DNA of 64,000 nt from Cenococcum geophilum (Eukaryota), in contig CP158635.1 of NCBI GenBank assembly GCA_050273025.1, positions 8,432,001-8,496,000 of the forward strand, given 5' to 3'. The translations under genes were made by a program, and so were the position numbers. The notes under the pieces were generated by a model. The model worked only from the letters and a program-made list of their open reading frames with translations, ran no database searches and was not told the origin of the DNA. Of the stretch, positions 39,255 to 53,149 are shown piece by piece. Within the stretch, counting starts at the first letter, position 1. Every line of letters begins with the position of its first letter.

Positions 39255-42200
39255 CTAATTTTATAAGGTCTATATAAAGGTTTATTAGTATCTTTATTTT
39301 TTCTTTAGCTATACTACTTATTTTCTTTGCTTGCTATAGTAATAGTAATATTCTTAGCTTATATCTATAATTTGCCTTAAATCGTAATATGCCTATTCCT
39401 TCTTATGGCGTTGCATTATATATAAACTATATAACTGGTAATAATAATACCTAATTATTCTATACGTAATTAATATAATATCTTAGATACTACTCTAGCG
39501 TCTAATTTAGTCTTTCTATTTAACTATCTGTCTGTAGATAATATATGGTAAAAGTTACTACTCTAACTCCTTACTCTACTAAGAATACCTCCTAAAATGC
39601 TGCTATAAATTTTAAATCTCTATCCGATATAATCTTACTTAGTGCTCTATATCTTATAAATACTTCTTTAATATAGATTCTAGCGATATTCTCCGCTAAG
39701 ATTTCTTCTATATATGCTATAAAGTAGCCCTATTTAGTTAACTTATCCACTATTACTAAGATCGCGTTATAATTTTATCCAGTAATAAGGTCTTTTAACT
39801 TTAGTAACTTAATAATAAAGTCCTATAATATGACCTCCTATAGTCTTTCTAGTATTTTAATAAGTTATAGCCCTCCATACGGCTTATACCTTATTAGTTT
39901 ATTTCTTTAGTAATTTAAATACTCTTTTATTACTTTTTTAATAATATTTTAGATTCCGTTAATAATATATTCTTCTTAAAGTCTTAATACTAAGCCTATT
40001 GCTCCGTTATGTCCTTAAGTTATTCCCTTATAGAAATTTTCCATAAAATACTCTACTATGCTCTTTAGAATATACTTTACTTTTTAATTTTTATATATAT
40101 CTATTTATAAATCTTTTAGTTATATTTTTAAAATCCTTTATACCTAAAAGCTTTCTAGTATCTTATAGACTCTTTCTACTTTATTATCCTTTTAAGTTAC
40201 TACTAGTTTAGGGTAGTTATATCTAATCTATTTATCCTTATCTCTACGTAGCATTACTCCTAATAGTTTCTTATTATTTTATAGTTTAGCTTTTCTACTA
40301 AGTACGTCTATTCTTATATTTTTAGTTCCTCTAATATACTAAATCTTAAAATGGTATTCTATAAGTATCTCTGCCTATCTAACCTATCTTTAATTAAGTC
40401 CTTTTATTATTAGGAACCCCATTAGGTTCTTATAATCCATTTTAACTATAAATAGTTTTTCTGCACCTTATAAGAATGCTCTCTATTCTTTAAGTACTAT
40501 AACTATACCTAATAACTCCTTATTGTAGACGTTATAGTTTAACTCTATTAGTATTATTTTTCTACTATAGTATAATACTGGGTGCTATACGTCCTTATAC
40601 TTCTATAGTAAGCATACTCCTAATATATAGTTTAATATATTCGTTTCCATAACCGTATCTAGTCCTAGTCAATAGATTTTAAGGATCAGTTCTTAGGTAA
40701 ATAACTTCTTAAGTTCCTTAAACAACTTTTTTTTATTTATTTCCCTATACTTATAGTTTCTTTTTCTTAGTAAGCCTAGTAAATAGTTTAATATTTTTTA
40801 ACTATTATGCTATAAACCTTCTATAGTAGTTATAAACCCCTAAAAATAACCTTAACTGCGTTATATTCTCTAGTTCTTACCAACTTACTATAGCTTTAAT
40901 CTTCTTTAGATCCATACTAATATAACCTAGTTTAATAATAAATTTAATAAAATCGGTCTTCCTTATAAAGAACTTGTATTTCTTAATTACTACTAGTATC
41001 TATTCTTTTTATAGTTTCTTTAAGACCTATTTAATATATTCCCCGTATTCTTCCTTAGTTATTAAGTAGATAATAATATTATTAAGGTATACCATAATAA
41101 ACTTATTAAGGTATACCATAATAAACTTATTAAGGTATTCTCCTAATACGCTATTAATTTATTTCTAAAATGTTACTAGTATATTTATTAATCCGAATTA
41201 TATAACTAATAGTTTATATAGTCCTTTTCTTAACCTAAAGGCTACCTTTTTTTATCGCCTTTCTTAATTCTAATTTAATAGTACGCCTATCTTAGATCTA
41301 TCTTTATAAAGATTTACGTATTACCTATTTAATTTTAGATTTTACTAATTAAGGGTAAAGGATACCTATCCTTTTAAGTAATGCTATTTAACTGTCTATA
41401 GTTAATGCATAGCCTAAGTTTTCTATTTTTCTTTAGTACGAATAATACTAAATAACCTACTAATAACTATAATGGTCTAATATATCCCTTTTATAGGTTC
41501 TCTTAAATAAACTCTTTAAGTACTCTAGACTCTTCTTCTATAAGCTTATAGGTTAAAAAGAACCTTAGACTTATTTCTAGTTCTAACTCTATCTTATAGT
41601 CCTATACTATATAATCTACCAGCTTTTTACTTTCTAGGCTTTATAGTTTCTTACTATACTTATAGTATCTCTTTAGTATATAACTTAAGCTTTACTTAGT
41701 CTCTTTATATATCGCTCTAACTTAGTACTATACTAACTTAGTTTACTATTGCGTTTTACGGCGTTATATATTTCTAATATTAACCTAGCCTATAATCTAA
41801 TTAATCCTTAGGTTGTATTTCTATAACTAAGGTATACCTAATACTGCCTTATCCTGTCCTAATAGTAGGATATTAAAAGACATCTTAATTTGTTTCCCTT
41901 TAATGGTTATCTAAATAGGTCCTATTTTAAGATTAATAATCCCTCCTCTATAGGCTATTAGATCTCCTAAAATCGTAATTAATAGGTAAAGTTGCTCCTT
42001 CTATCTGTAAGGTAATCCTCTTCTTTTAACTACTACTAATAAAATATAGTTTTGCGTTACTCTACTATTTATTAGCGCTTTAAACTGCTAATCTTACTAT
42101 TTAACTTATAAATTTAGGTGTTGTCCTTAAATTCCTTTAAGGGTTTAAGGCTCTATTACTGGCTCCCTCTAGTTTTATAGGCCTCCACTTTTTCTAACTA

Positions 42201-42543
42201 TTAGCTGCTTAATCCTATTACGCTTAGCTTACTCTTTAGCCAATACCTAGTTCGCTTTTTATCCTCTATATACTATAGATACGTATTCTTTAGATATTCC
42301 TACTACTATTATCCATCTAAGTATTCTTCTATAAGGAATCTTTCTAGTTAAAGTATTAAGTCTCCTAACTCTTAAACTTTTATTAGATGCTATGTTGGAA
42401 TTACAAGGTCATGGGGTCACAGCGGAGCTATCTTAAGGGTCTTATTGATGATAGAGATGACGCAGACGATGAATATTAATTGATTCGTGATGCAGTAGAT
42501 GCGGTTGATGTCTATGTAGATTGCATGCGGACTTCGTCCTCGC

Positions 42544-43144
42544 TTACCTCAGCGAGCTCAGACGTGAATTTGATTGGAGCGGATGTTCCTTCGGCCCGTC
42601 AACAAGTTGACTAACATCCACCAAAATCACGTCTGAGAGCGTTTGGCGAGTTTTGTTAAAAGCATAAGTAAAAATCTTAGTTTTAGCAATTTTATAAGGG
42701 GATTTTCTTTACGACATAATAAAATAAAGTCTCTAAAAGTTAATATATAAATTTTAGGGCGCTACTTTATATATTAAAGGGCTTTAAATTGCATTATCCC
42801 CTCCCGAATCTGAGATTAATTTCGTTAAAGTTAAAATTCCTATTATTAAAAGTATAAGCACTTTTTGTATAGGCCTATACGGGCCTATATAAAAATATAA
42901 AAAGCCTAAAATCTTATAATCTATAGAGCTTAATCTCCTAAGTAATTTAATATAATTTTTACCTTAAAATATATTGTGGGGATATTGATTAATTTTGTTG
43001 GGGTTTATGAGTTTTCCTTACTAAAAGTGCTTATGTTTCTATATAAATCTCGCTAAAGTACCTTAGACCAAGAAATCGATCAAATATCCGAAGGAGATTA
43101 GCGCGCCAGCGCAATCGATTTCTTAGTCTGAGCTTCTGAGGTAA
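42544..43144. mobile_element. 601-bp non-autonomous TIR element with 9-bp TSD (Mutator-like or other)
   Basis: CGTCCTCGC|TTACCTCAGCGAGCTCAGAC...GTCTGAGCTTCTGAGGTAA|CGTCCTCGC; splits the Copia C LTR. Confidence 0.88.
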
Positions 43145-43909
43145 CGTCCTCGCAATGTGTCTAGAGCTTAGTCAGCACCTCTTGCTTAATTCTGACACTC
43201 CCCCATGCTAACGACGCTCTTCTCGTCTGCTCGTCTGTTTCCTAAATAGGCAATTATAAAGCTATTCCTAAATACCTTGCAAGTGCCATTTGGCCTACAT
43301 ACGGAGGGAAAACCTAGTAGGCGAAAAACCTCTATCACTTGCTCCGTCAGTTACCAATTCCTAGCGTTATACAGTGCTTCATAAATTAGTTAATCGGTAG
43401 TACTTTAAGTCGACCTTACTAAACCATATCGTTTCGTACAAAAGGTTAACCATACCCTTATTGTCGCAGTAGAGCGTAGGGATAAAAGGGTTGTCGTCGT
43501 CTCTCTCTCCTAGGTCTCTTATCAGCTTCTTAAGCCATACTACTAACCTTACTCCTTCTAACGCTGCCATAATCTCTACTTCTATTAAACTTAATACCGT
43601 CAACTTCTGCCTTTAAGCCATCCAAATCACGGCTCCCCTATAGCGTATAACTACTATACCTTAAAATAATATCTAATCGTGTTTATCACATCGTCGTACT
43701 CAAGGGGGCGGATTACAGTTATAATCTCAATCGATTTAGAAGCCTACAAATACCTCTATAGGTCCTAGGTCTTCTTACGAATTACTTCTCCCTTAGCATT
43801 ATACTTACTTACTTAGAAGTAACAACCTTCCTTCTAGTACTCTCCCCCTTATAATAGTATAGGTGTACATTCTCTTCAGTACGGGTGTCTTACCCTTAGC
43901 ATCACCTTA

Positions 43910-44220
43910 CAGATTTAAGCGTCCCACTTAATTTAAGCGGCCCACTCGGTCTTAACCTAGGCTTCCCACTTAGTTTAAGCGGCCCACTTAGTTACCATCT
44001 AGCCTACTCATAGTTCCCGCTACTAAAGTCTTTATTAGCACTTAGTCTTAACCTAGGCTTCCCACTTAATTTAAGCATCCCGCTCGATCTAAGCGGCCTA
44101 CTTAATCACCATCTTACCTACTCGCAGTTCTCGCAACTAGAGTCTCTGTCAGCGTTTAAGGTAGTAGGGGGAGGTCTAGGTTGGTTCGCGGCTTAATTCA
44201 AGCGTCCCACTTAATCACCA
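43910..44220. repeat. Degenerate tandem repeats (TTAAGCGGCCCACT) within Copia C
   Basis: Motif recurs at least 6 times, with a larger duplicated unit. Confidence 0.7.
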
Positions 44221-47200
44221 CCTTTTATAGCTTAGCTTATAGCATGCACCTAACGTGCTCTATAAGGGAACCTATACTTATTATAAGCATAGCACGTTTA
44301 GGGTCAGGGGTAGATTAAATCGCTATTAAATTCTTCCTCAGCTATTGCTATATTCCCTACTTCCTTTACCTTAGAAGCACCTTAATCTTAATCTTTCTTC
44401 TTAGCATTATTAAATCGGAATTGTCTAAGCAGGGGACAGTCTTCCTAGTAGTGGCCTTCCTAATAGCATACTCTACACTCGTCTTTCTCTAGTAGCCTTA
44501 GCTCCTTACTATAGCTATAGCTCTTACCTACTTAAGACGACGAGCTATGGCGATAACGTAATAAGGAATAATCAAATCTACTACGACCTCTACCCCTTGT
44601 TCGACCTTAGTTTCCCTTTCTCCCCCTAGGTTCGTCTTTCCTTTCTTATACAAGTGCTGCATTTTATACCTATATAGGGCGAGCAGTCTCATGCTCCTGA
44701 AGAAGGGTAATGTAACTCTTAAGGTCTCGTTTATCTTATAGACACTAGGTCTTCGCATTCTACCACATAACATCACTTAGTAGGGCTAGAAGGAGTTACT
44801 CTTTAATATTGTTATTGGTAAGTGCTCAAGGTGTTAGAGCTAGATTGATCTTAAATCGATTCAGTATATACATAAACTCGGCAATTCGCATCTTTGTAGG
44901 GTCAAATATAGTGCTATAGAACTCCCTGCGAAGTCTAGAGGTATAGACCTCGTCATTGGCCTTATTAAACTTCTTTATTTCTTCCCACATTCCCTAAATA
45001 TTATACGCCTTCATTATCGCACGCATCTCTTCCTGGCGGTCATCTCCTATCGAATTATAGATGATCTTGTTTGCTTCCCCTCGTCTTCTTCTTCCGTCAG
45101 TTAAATTAACTCGATTTAGGTCCTCTGCACCAGTAATAAAATCCCAGCCCTCTAACATAATCAGGGCTGCCTCGCAGGTGCGCTCCCAGTCTGCAAAGTT
45201 GTCTCCATTGAAAATAACAATTTTACCAGCCTTATAATCGTATGTAGGCGTCGTTGAGGTTAAGGTAGAGGAGGTCATTTTAGGGGTCGATTTTCGAGTC
45301 AGGAGGTGTTACTACCCGGGCTTATAACCTGTTGGAATTACAAGGTCATAAGGTCACAGCGGAGGTGTCTTGAGGGTCTATTTGATGATAGAGATGACGC
45401 AGACGATGAATATTAATTGATTCGTGATGCAGTAGATGCGGTTGATCTCTATCTAGATTGACATACAGAGTTCGACTTTACAATGTGTCCAGAGCTTAGT
45501 CAGCACCTCTCGCTTAATTCTGACATGCTAGCTGTGTATATACTTAGCATTTTTATACTATTACTTATCTAACGCCTAATATATCCTTATAGGGTATTTC
45601 CAATTCTTTTCTTTTAGATTTTTATGTATTTTATATATATCGTCTATATATATAATCTATAATAGCGTGTAATATACTAAGTGCTTTAGGTTAACTCTTA
45701 ACTTATCTTTATTTTTAAGTTTAAACCTCTATTATATTAATCTAAACGTTATAACTTTATTTATAGGTACTAAGATGCGTTATTTACTTCTCTAGTCCTC
45801 TAATTGTTTCTCTAGATCCTTTAATATTATAATTAAGGCTCCTTTAATATAAGTTATGGCCTTCTCTATAATTAGGTGGTCCTAAATAACTCGTTTATTT
45901 AACTATATATAGAAATCTTCCCATTTATTATTATGTCGTTGCCTATACTACTTTTAGTATAGCTGCTAAAGTATATACGGCTTGTCCATAAGGAAGTATC
46001 TTTTTATTACTACGTTGTAATAGCCTTTTATATATTGTTCTTTAAACCTAATAGAGATCCCTAGATCCTCTTTATCTTCTAGTTTAGTAAGCTACTTAGC
46101 TTTTAGTATGCCTACCCTAGGCCTATTAGTAATTCTTTATATAGGTACTTTATCCCTTATACGCCCTAATATACTAAATCTCTTATTTAGTTTTTGTTCT
46201 TGCTATATGATAATTCTTTACCTAAACTCTTCTATAGTTTCTTTTAGTTTGCGTCTTATAGATAAATTCTTAAAGTCTTCTTACTTCTTAATCTTGGTAT
46301 TAATATTTCGATCCTATTACTAAGCCTTACTCGCAATTTCTTTAATAGTCCTTATTTTATTACTAAAATCTTAATTCTATAGGATTTTTAATCCTAAGCT
46401 TACTTCTGTTTTAAGCTTAGCTCTAGCCTTAGTCTAACTAGGCTTTACTAGTATTCTTATCTTATCTTAAAAGTCTTAAATCTTACTTATCTCGTCTTAA
46501 GAGTCTTATGCCTTTAGGAAACTTCGTCCTAAGCTTATTCGTATATTACTAAACTAAGCTATTACTCTACTTTATTAGTTATCGTCCGTTATAGGTCCTT
46601 AAGCTTACCTTATCTTATCTTAAGAATCTTAAGCTTTTAGCCTTTTGCTTTTATTAAGTGCTAAAATAGCTTACTATTTTACTTCTCTTATATTTTATAA
46701 AGCGATAAATATCGTATCTAGTGGGGTCTTAATCCCTACTAATATTCCCTATTTTATAGTGGAATTATCCTCTACCTCTTATATAATATCTCCGAGGTCT
46801 ATATACTTTTAGTAAGCTACTTTTATTACCTTATCGTTACGGAATGTTTTGCCTATATTAAATTTATCGTCCTTAATATCCGATCTGCGAACTAGTTTAT
46901 TAGTTTTTTTATATTCTGCTAAGTATAGCTTTTATAGCTAATAGCTTACGCTATACTTAGCGTCTTTATAAATTTAGTATACGTTATTATAACAAAACGT
47001 AAAGCTTTTAATTAAACATTTTTTTATTCCTTGTAGTATATTATTGTCCCTCTATATATATATATTGTCTACTAATCTCATTCCTTTTACTATATAGTAA
47101 CTCTAACTACTTCTATAGTCTTTAATATAATAACCTTATTTTCCGTAATTTATATAAGCTCCCTCTTTAAACTATTTTTCTTACTATAGAGTCCGCCTAA

Positions 47201-49686
47201 ATGTCTTCTGCTATTAAGATCCCTAATTTAGCCTCTACTCTTTAGACCTTTAATTACTTAATCCTTATTCTCTAGGTTTCCATAATTTCTTATTTTATTT
47301 CCTAGATTCTTTAGTACTACTTAGGTCTATTAGCTCTACGCCATACTATAGTTTTTAACTTAGCTTTAGTTATTGCGTACTTTACGCCTTATATAACTAT
47401 AAAACTCTATCCTAGCCTTTTTTAGCCTATTCCCTTTAGTAGATCTAATTGTTAATCTTAATTACTTAATCTATTAGTTCCTTTAGGGTTTCTGTATCTT
47501 TTATTAAGATAATTATATCTTAGATTTTAGCCTTAAGTCCTTACTTATACTATGCTATAAGCGTCTTATTATTCTACTTAATTATATTACTAGTGTCTAG
47601 AACTATATTGTATACTTAATTGCTAAGGTTTACTGCGTAATATTTTAGAGTTTTCTTTTTACCGTAGTTACTGCCTTTAGGTCTTTAAATATTTATATAA
47701 GTCGCTTTATAAACTCTTTCTAGCTTATAAATATAAACCACACCTCTTAATTAGTGGTTATTATCCCATTTACTTATATCTCTATAAGGTAAGGCTTAAA
47801 CTACTTAAGTGCTCTCCCTAATAGAAATAGTCCCGTATATACTATTCAATCTATAGGTATTAGTAGCTTTACTCCTTTTTACGTAACCTTAAAGTATATT
47901 TATATAAGGAATCCTTTAAGTTTTAATCTTTCCCCTAAGTACCTCTTAATTAATAGTAACTTAATCTTTACTACTCCTATCTTATTAATCCTATTTTTTT
48001 AATATTGTATTGTTTTCTGTTAACTAGTTAACTATCTCTTATAGTTGTTTAACCGTTATAGGTTGCTATAAGTTAGTGTCTACTATACTAGTGTTGTTTT
48101 CTAACCTTAAAGTAGTTGCCGCCGTTAATAGCGTTGTAGTGGCTGCTTTTGGTGACATATTGTTTAACTTTATTAATACTGTAACCTTAGTAGTAAATAT
48201 ATAACGAAGCCTTATAGTAGGAACTACGGTAGACTTATTAATAGGCTAGGTATATAGGTAAATAAGAAGTTAATAATATAATAAAAATTAGTGGAGTAGT
48301 TGCCTAATAAATTAACTCTAATTATATTCTAAGATTCACTATAAAGGAGAGAACTATTTGGGTAGGGACTGTGGTCCTTTAAATATATAACCGTACTTTT
48401 AAGAAATCCCCTTTATACGTAAGGTATGTATACTTTACTTACTCTATTGCAGATCCTATAGATCTTACAGATTATATAGATTACGTTATATAACCTTAGT
48501 TACTATTTCTCATTACATAGCTCTATCGGCTTTATCCTAGACCGTGCCTAAATTAACTAACTAGCTTCTTCCGACTCCTCTCTAAGTAGTTATAATATTG
48601 TACTTAAAGCGTCTATAACACTATTATTAGAACGCTATTACTACTAGTAGTAGCTAATAGCGTTATATAGATAGCAGAAACGCCGTATACTATTACTTAG
48701 CTTAAGTAGTAGGCTTAACTTATATAAGACCTTGTTTGTTATTAGTTATAAAGCCCTACTAGCTAAGATATCTCTTAGCTTATTAAAGGTTATTAAATAG
48801 TAATATATTTAGCAATAATCCTTATAAAGGAGAACACTAAGCTTTATGCTGTAAATTATTATTAGGAATGTAAAAAGCAGTAGTAACGACAGTATATTGC
48901 TACTGGGGGCGCTCTTTAGGCTTAAGAAGGTCGATTACTTATTATAAAGGCTAAAAGGGTAGTCTAGGAGGGTGACTAGGCTTAGATATCTTAGGTGTAA
49001 TAATAAGCACCACTAACGTATAGTAACTGCTATGTGTAAGGCTATAACAGGCGTCAATATATTAGTAGCTAAAGAGGCTATATATAGAATTTAAGTCTAT
49101 TATTCTATATTGTTAAAGAGTAATTATATAGAGAGACGCGTTAATTTTAGTAGGGCTATTAAATAACTAATATTACTGGATAACTAATAGAACACGTTAA
49201 TATAATCTTATCTTAGTAAGCGACCTAGACAGTAAGGGCAGAACTTAAGGCGCACTTACTAATAATAAAGTATTACTAGTCTTTATTCTAAAAAACGCTA
49301 CTTTCTTTTAATTAATTAGCTATTTACTAACCTTAAGTTTACTCTACTGTCTAAGGGCCTATAGTGCGGAACTCTATAGTGCTTAACTTTAATTTTCGCA
49401 ATTTTGTATAAGAGACACTCTCTCCTATATATTTAACTCCCTAATAATACCTTTTTAACCTAATAACCTAATAAGTCAAATTAGACTAATACCCTCTATA
49501 ATTAATTAGATTTTTATTAAAATATATAACTGTTAACTAGGTAAGATTTGGGTAGATTTTATGTTAGTAGGGGGGTACTTGGGCAGTCTCTTTAAGCTTA
49601 GTGGCGTGTTATGTGATAGCGCGCGGGCTATCGTATAGATACCTTCTCGGGGCCTTTAAGCCCCTGAGATTCTTCCTTATAGAGTA

Positions 49687-50112
49687 ACGTATTCCACTAT
49701 CGAGCCGGCAGAACCATCGAGCTGGCAGATCCATTTCCCCACCAAAAATCGTAAAAATCACAATATAATATCTCAACAACCACTTAATAATAAATTCTAA
49801 TAATTTAGATTTAGACTTTTATATACACTCTGCAGCTTCTATTAAAGTTGCATAGTAAATAGTTTAGTAGTTTTTAAGGTATTAAAATTTGGGGGCCAAA
49901 ATATAGCCAAATTACTATATCTTAAAAACTACTAAACTATTTACTATGCAACTTTAATAGAAGCTGTAGAGTGTATATAAAAGTCTAAATCTAAATTATT
50001 AGAATTTATTATTAAGTGGTTGTTAAGATATTATATTGTGATTTTTATAATTTTTGGTGGGGAAATGGATCTGCCGGCTCGATGGTTCTGCCGGCTCGAT
50101 GGTGGAATACGT
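49687..50112. mobile_element. Fold-back MITE with Fot1/pogo-type ends, TA TSD, in the Copia D LTR
   Basis: TA|ACGTATTCCAC...GTGGAATACGT|TA; 426-bp near-palindrome; core homologous to 12668-12930. Confidence 0.93.
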
Positions 50113-53100
50113 TATTATATGTATTATTCTATTAGCCTGCTTAGTGCCCTAATAGGTTATAAGCCCTCTTATAGCTTTAATTAAAGCTCTATTAGCTGCT
50201 ATATTATTATTTAATTAACTAAGTTAACACGAACCTATAAATCCTTAAATTTAGACCCTGGTACGGTGCAATAGAAATTTATAATAAACTAATATAAATA
50301 TATGCTACGCACGATACGGTTAAACCGATTGATTATATACTATGGCGGATATAGTATAAAAGAAGAAGGAATATTAGAGCTCTCTTGGGGCTGTTTTTGT
50401 ATTGAAAGGGGACAGTAATTACGAAGAATGGTATCGTTAAATTGTACAACGACTTAAGCTTTATAACCTCCTACTAATAATATAAGGTATAGCTATAGAG
50501 CCACTTTAGCAGATGGATAAGTATAGAGATTAGCGTTATAAATAGATAACGGGACTTAAGGTAATTAAGGGCGTAGTGTTGGAATTAATTCGCGATTGAC
50601 TTACTACATTAGGTAAGCCGCGCGACTCCATTAAGGATCTACTTAATTTAATTTGATTACTATATACCGCATAAGGTCTCGTTTATAACTACTAGATATA
50701 GAATTAATAGCTTGATCTTAGTTATAAAGACTATACCTTGAAGCCTATATAGAAGCTTTTGTCTTAGGTATAAGGAAATTAAATACGGCGTTAATGTTAA
50801 TATTAAGGAAGCAAGCGCACGCCTAACTACTTTATACGGTAGAGGAGGAGTTTCCTATTTGGATAGCCAATTGTTAAAAAGTAGCCAGGAGAGTTATAAA
50901 GGAGGATAACTTTATTATAATTAAGGAACTAGTAAGCGACCTTATAGACGAGAGTTGTACTTAACTAGTTACCTCTACTATAATATCCTTAATTAGCAGG
51001 AAGCTATTTAAAGATAATTAACTAAAATCTAATATAGAAGGATTAGCATTAATAAGAAGTATAAAGATTGTACGCACTGCGGTAAAAAATATTATAGTGG
51101 CAAGGATAGGTGCTTCTACCTTTGCTTAGACCTTTAACCTTAGATATAAAAGCCTTCTAATAAGGATATACTATGTGTAGATCCACCCTAGGAACTAAAA
51201 GTAACTTTACTAAATTCAACTTCTTAAGTTAGGATGACGGGTAGAGGCTTAGTAGGAGGCCTATTTATTAGTAGCATGGCTATAGTTAATAACTTAGATA
51301 ATAGTAACTAGGACGACTGGTTCCTTAACTCCTGTTCTAATATTATAATAAGTAATAATTAAAGTGAGTTTATTAACTATAAAACTCTATTAACACCTAT
51401 TGCGATAGGGACATTAGGAGGAACTATCTATTATATAACTAGCAAGGGAACGGTGCATATACCTTTACTAATAGACGATAACAGCACCTATATGGTAGCT
51501 ACTAAGGCCTTTTTTACATCTAAATTACCTTATAAACTCCTTTTAGAGTTAGCTCTTAAGAAGTGTAAGTAGCTCTATATTAGACCTGATAAGGAAATAG
51601 GTGGTTGTATAATTTAGAGGTACTTAGATAACTTAATTATAGGCAGAGCAATATGTATGAACGGCCTATATGTAATTTAACTGGCTCTAAAGCCTTAATA
51701 TATTATATACGCCACCGTACAGCAGCTTAACATCAATATACTACATCAGCGTCTCGGCTATGTGGGCAAGGATATACTATAAAAGGTGGCTAAGATAGGC
51801 GACTTTAGCCTTATAGGTACGCTGACTTAATGCGAAGCCTGTTACCTAGTAACGGCAAAGCGCTAGGTCTCTTGTACTACACCTACACCACCTTAACGGC
51901 TATTTAAACGCGTATATACTAATACCTTCTACCTTACCCTAGAGGGAGTCGGGGGTAATAAGTATATAGCAATCTTTATAGAAGCGCACGCTAGATATAT
52001 ATACGCCTTCTTTAGAACCAAAAAGACGATCGCCGTAGAAGGGCTTTAAAAGCTTAATAATCTAGTATATAACCAAACTGGATAATATATCAGCTCGCTC
52101 GTAATTAACGGCGGTAGAGAATTTAGCATTAAAGAGCTTATTAAATACACCAAATTAATAGGTATAAACGTACTGCGTACGGCTCCCTACACCTCTAAGT
52201 AGAACGGAACGCCCGAACGCATTAGAGGCATTATATTAGGCATAGCTAGATTAATGATAATTAAGGCTAATTTACTAGAACACCTATAGGACGAAGCTTA
52301 TAAGACAGCGATTTGAATTTAGAATAGAATACCTTATAGAAAAGAGACCAGATTACCGTTTTAAATTAACGCTAAGTACTATAACCAGCCGTTTAAAATG
52401 GGCATACTAAATATATTATATTTATAACGTTATAGTATAACTGCCTACGTCTATATTAAAGGACTAAAGAGCGTATAGTTAAGGAAGCTAGCTCTATAAG
52501 CTAAGAAAGGACATCTAGTTAGTTATAAAGGCAATAATAGTTACATCTATTGTATCTAGATACCGGCTAAGAATAAGATTGTATAATTGTATAATATAAC
52601 ATTTAATAAAGCTTAAGATCTACTAATTGCCACGCTAGAGGATAAGCTTACTATATAGGAGCTAGAGCCGGAACTACATCAGGATTTTTTTTTTTGGGCG
52701 CGTTGTTGTAGATTGCGGCAATTTGCTGCAAACTGTGCGATTTGCGTGGTCGTATATGGTCGTTAGCGATTCGCGTAAACCGCGCGTTTCGCAACAAATT
52801 TATAGCTTCTGCTAGTAAATTGCAGTAAAACGCTTAACCACCAAACCAATGCCAGCAAAACGCTACCCTATAAATAAATAGCTCGCAAACTGTACAAATT
52901 ATAAAAACTATACGAATTATAAAAACCGTACGAATTATAAAAACCATACGAATTGTAAAAACTATACAAATTATAACTATATAAATTGTAACTATAAATT
53001 ATAATTATATTACATAATAACCAAATTATTACATATTCCCATAGATTTCTATAATATACTTTTAAATATATTTATATTATAACTATATAAAATGTAGAGC

Positions 53101-53149
53101 TATCTACTTTGGGCGTTAAGGGGGAAGCCTCTCGCAGAGGCTCCAAATT

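Larger units (their letters stand above)
42393..45525 (-). mobile_element. Internally deleted Ty1/Copia element C; 5' LTR 45330-45525, interrupted 3' LTR 42393-43197; TSD TGCTA
   Basis: GGTTATAAGCCC after the 5' LTR; gag N-terminus (IFNGDNFADW, ORF 44994-45278), zinc knuckle ~44450, RNase H tail (TLYCDNKG, ORF 43379-43603); no PR/INT/RT seen; PPT GGGGGAG. Confidence 0.9.
30723..48620 (-). mobile_element. Full-length Gypsy family A copy 2; LTRs 30723-31143 and 48200-48620; TSD CTATT
   Basis: Paired LTRs and 5-bp TSD; gag from ~48160, protease ~42070, RT/RH/INT 41600-39260, chromodomain ~31950; interrupted by Gypsy B and Copia C. Confidence 0.95.
28074..49197 (+). mobile_element. Fot1/pogo (Tc1/mariner) DDE transposon, RIP-degenerate, expanded to 21 kb by nested insertions
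   Basis: ~60-bp TIRs TA|ACGTGTTCTATTAGTTATC...GATAACTAATAGAACACGT|TA; transposase motifs YNFN*T, LTLNSYSSY(=LDGHxSH), L*PLNIGCF at 28150-29299, 30686-30722 and 48621-49100. Confidence 0.93.
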
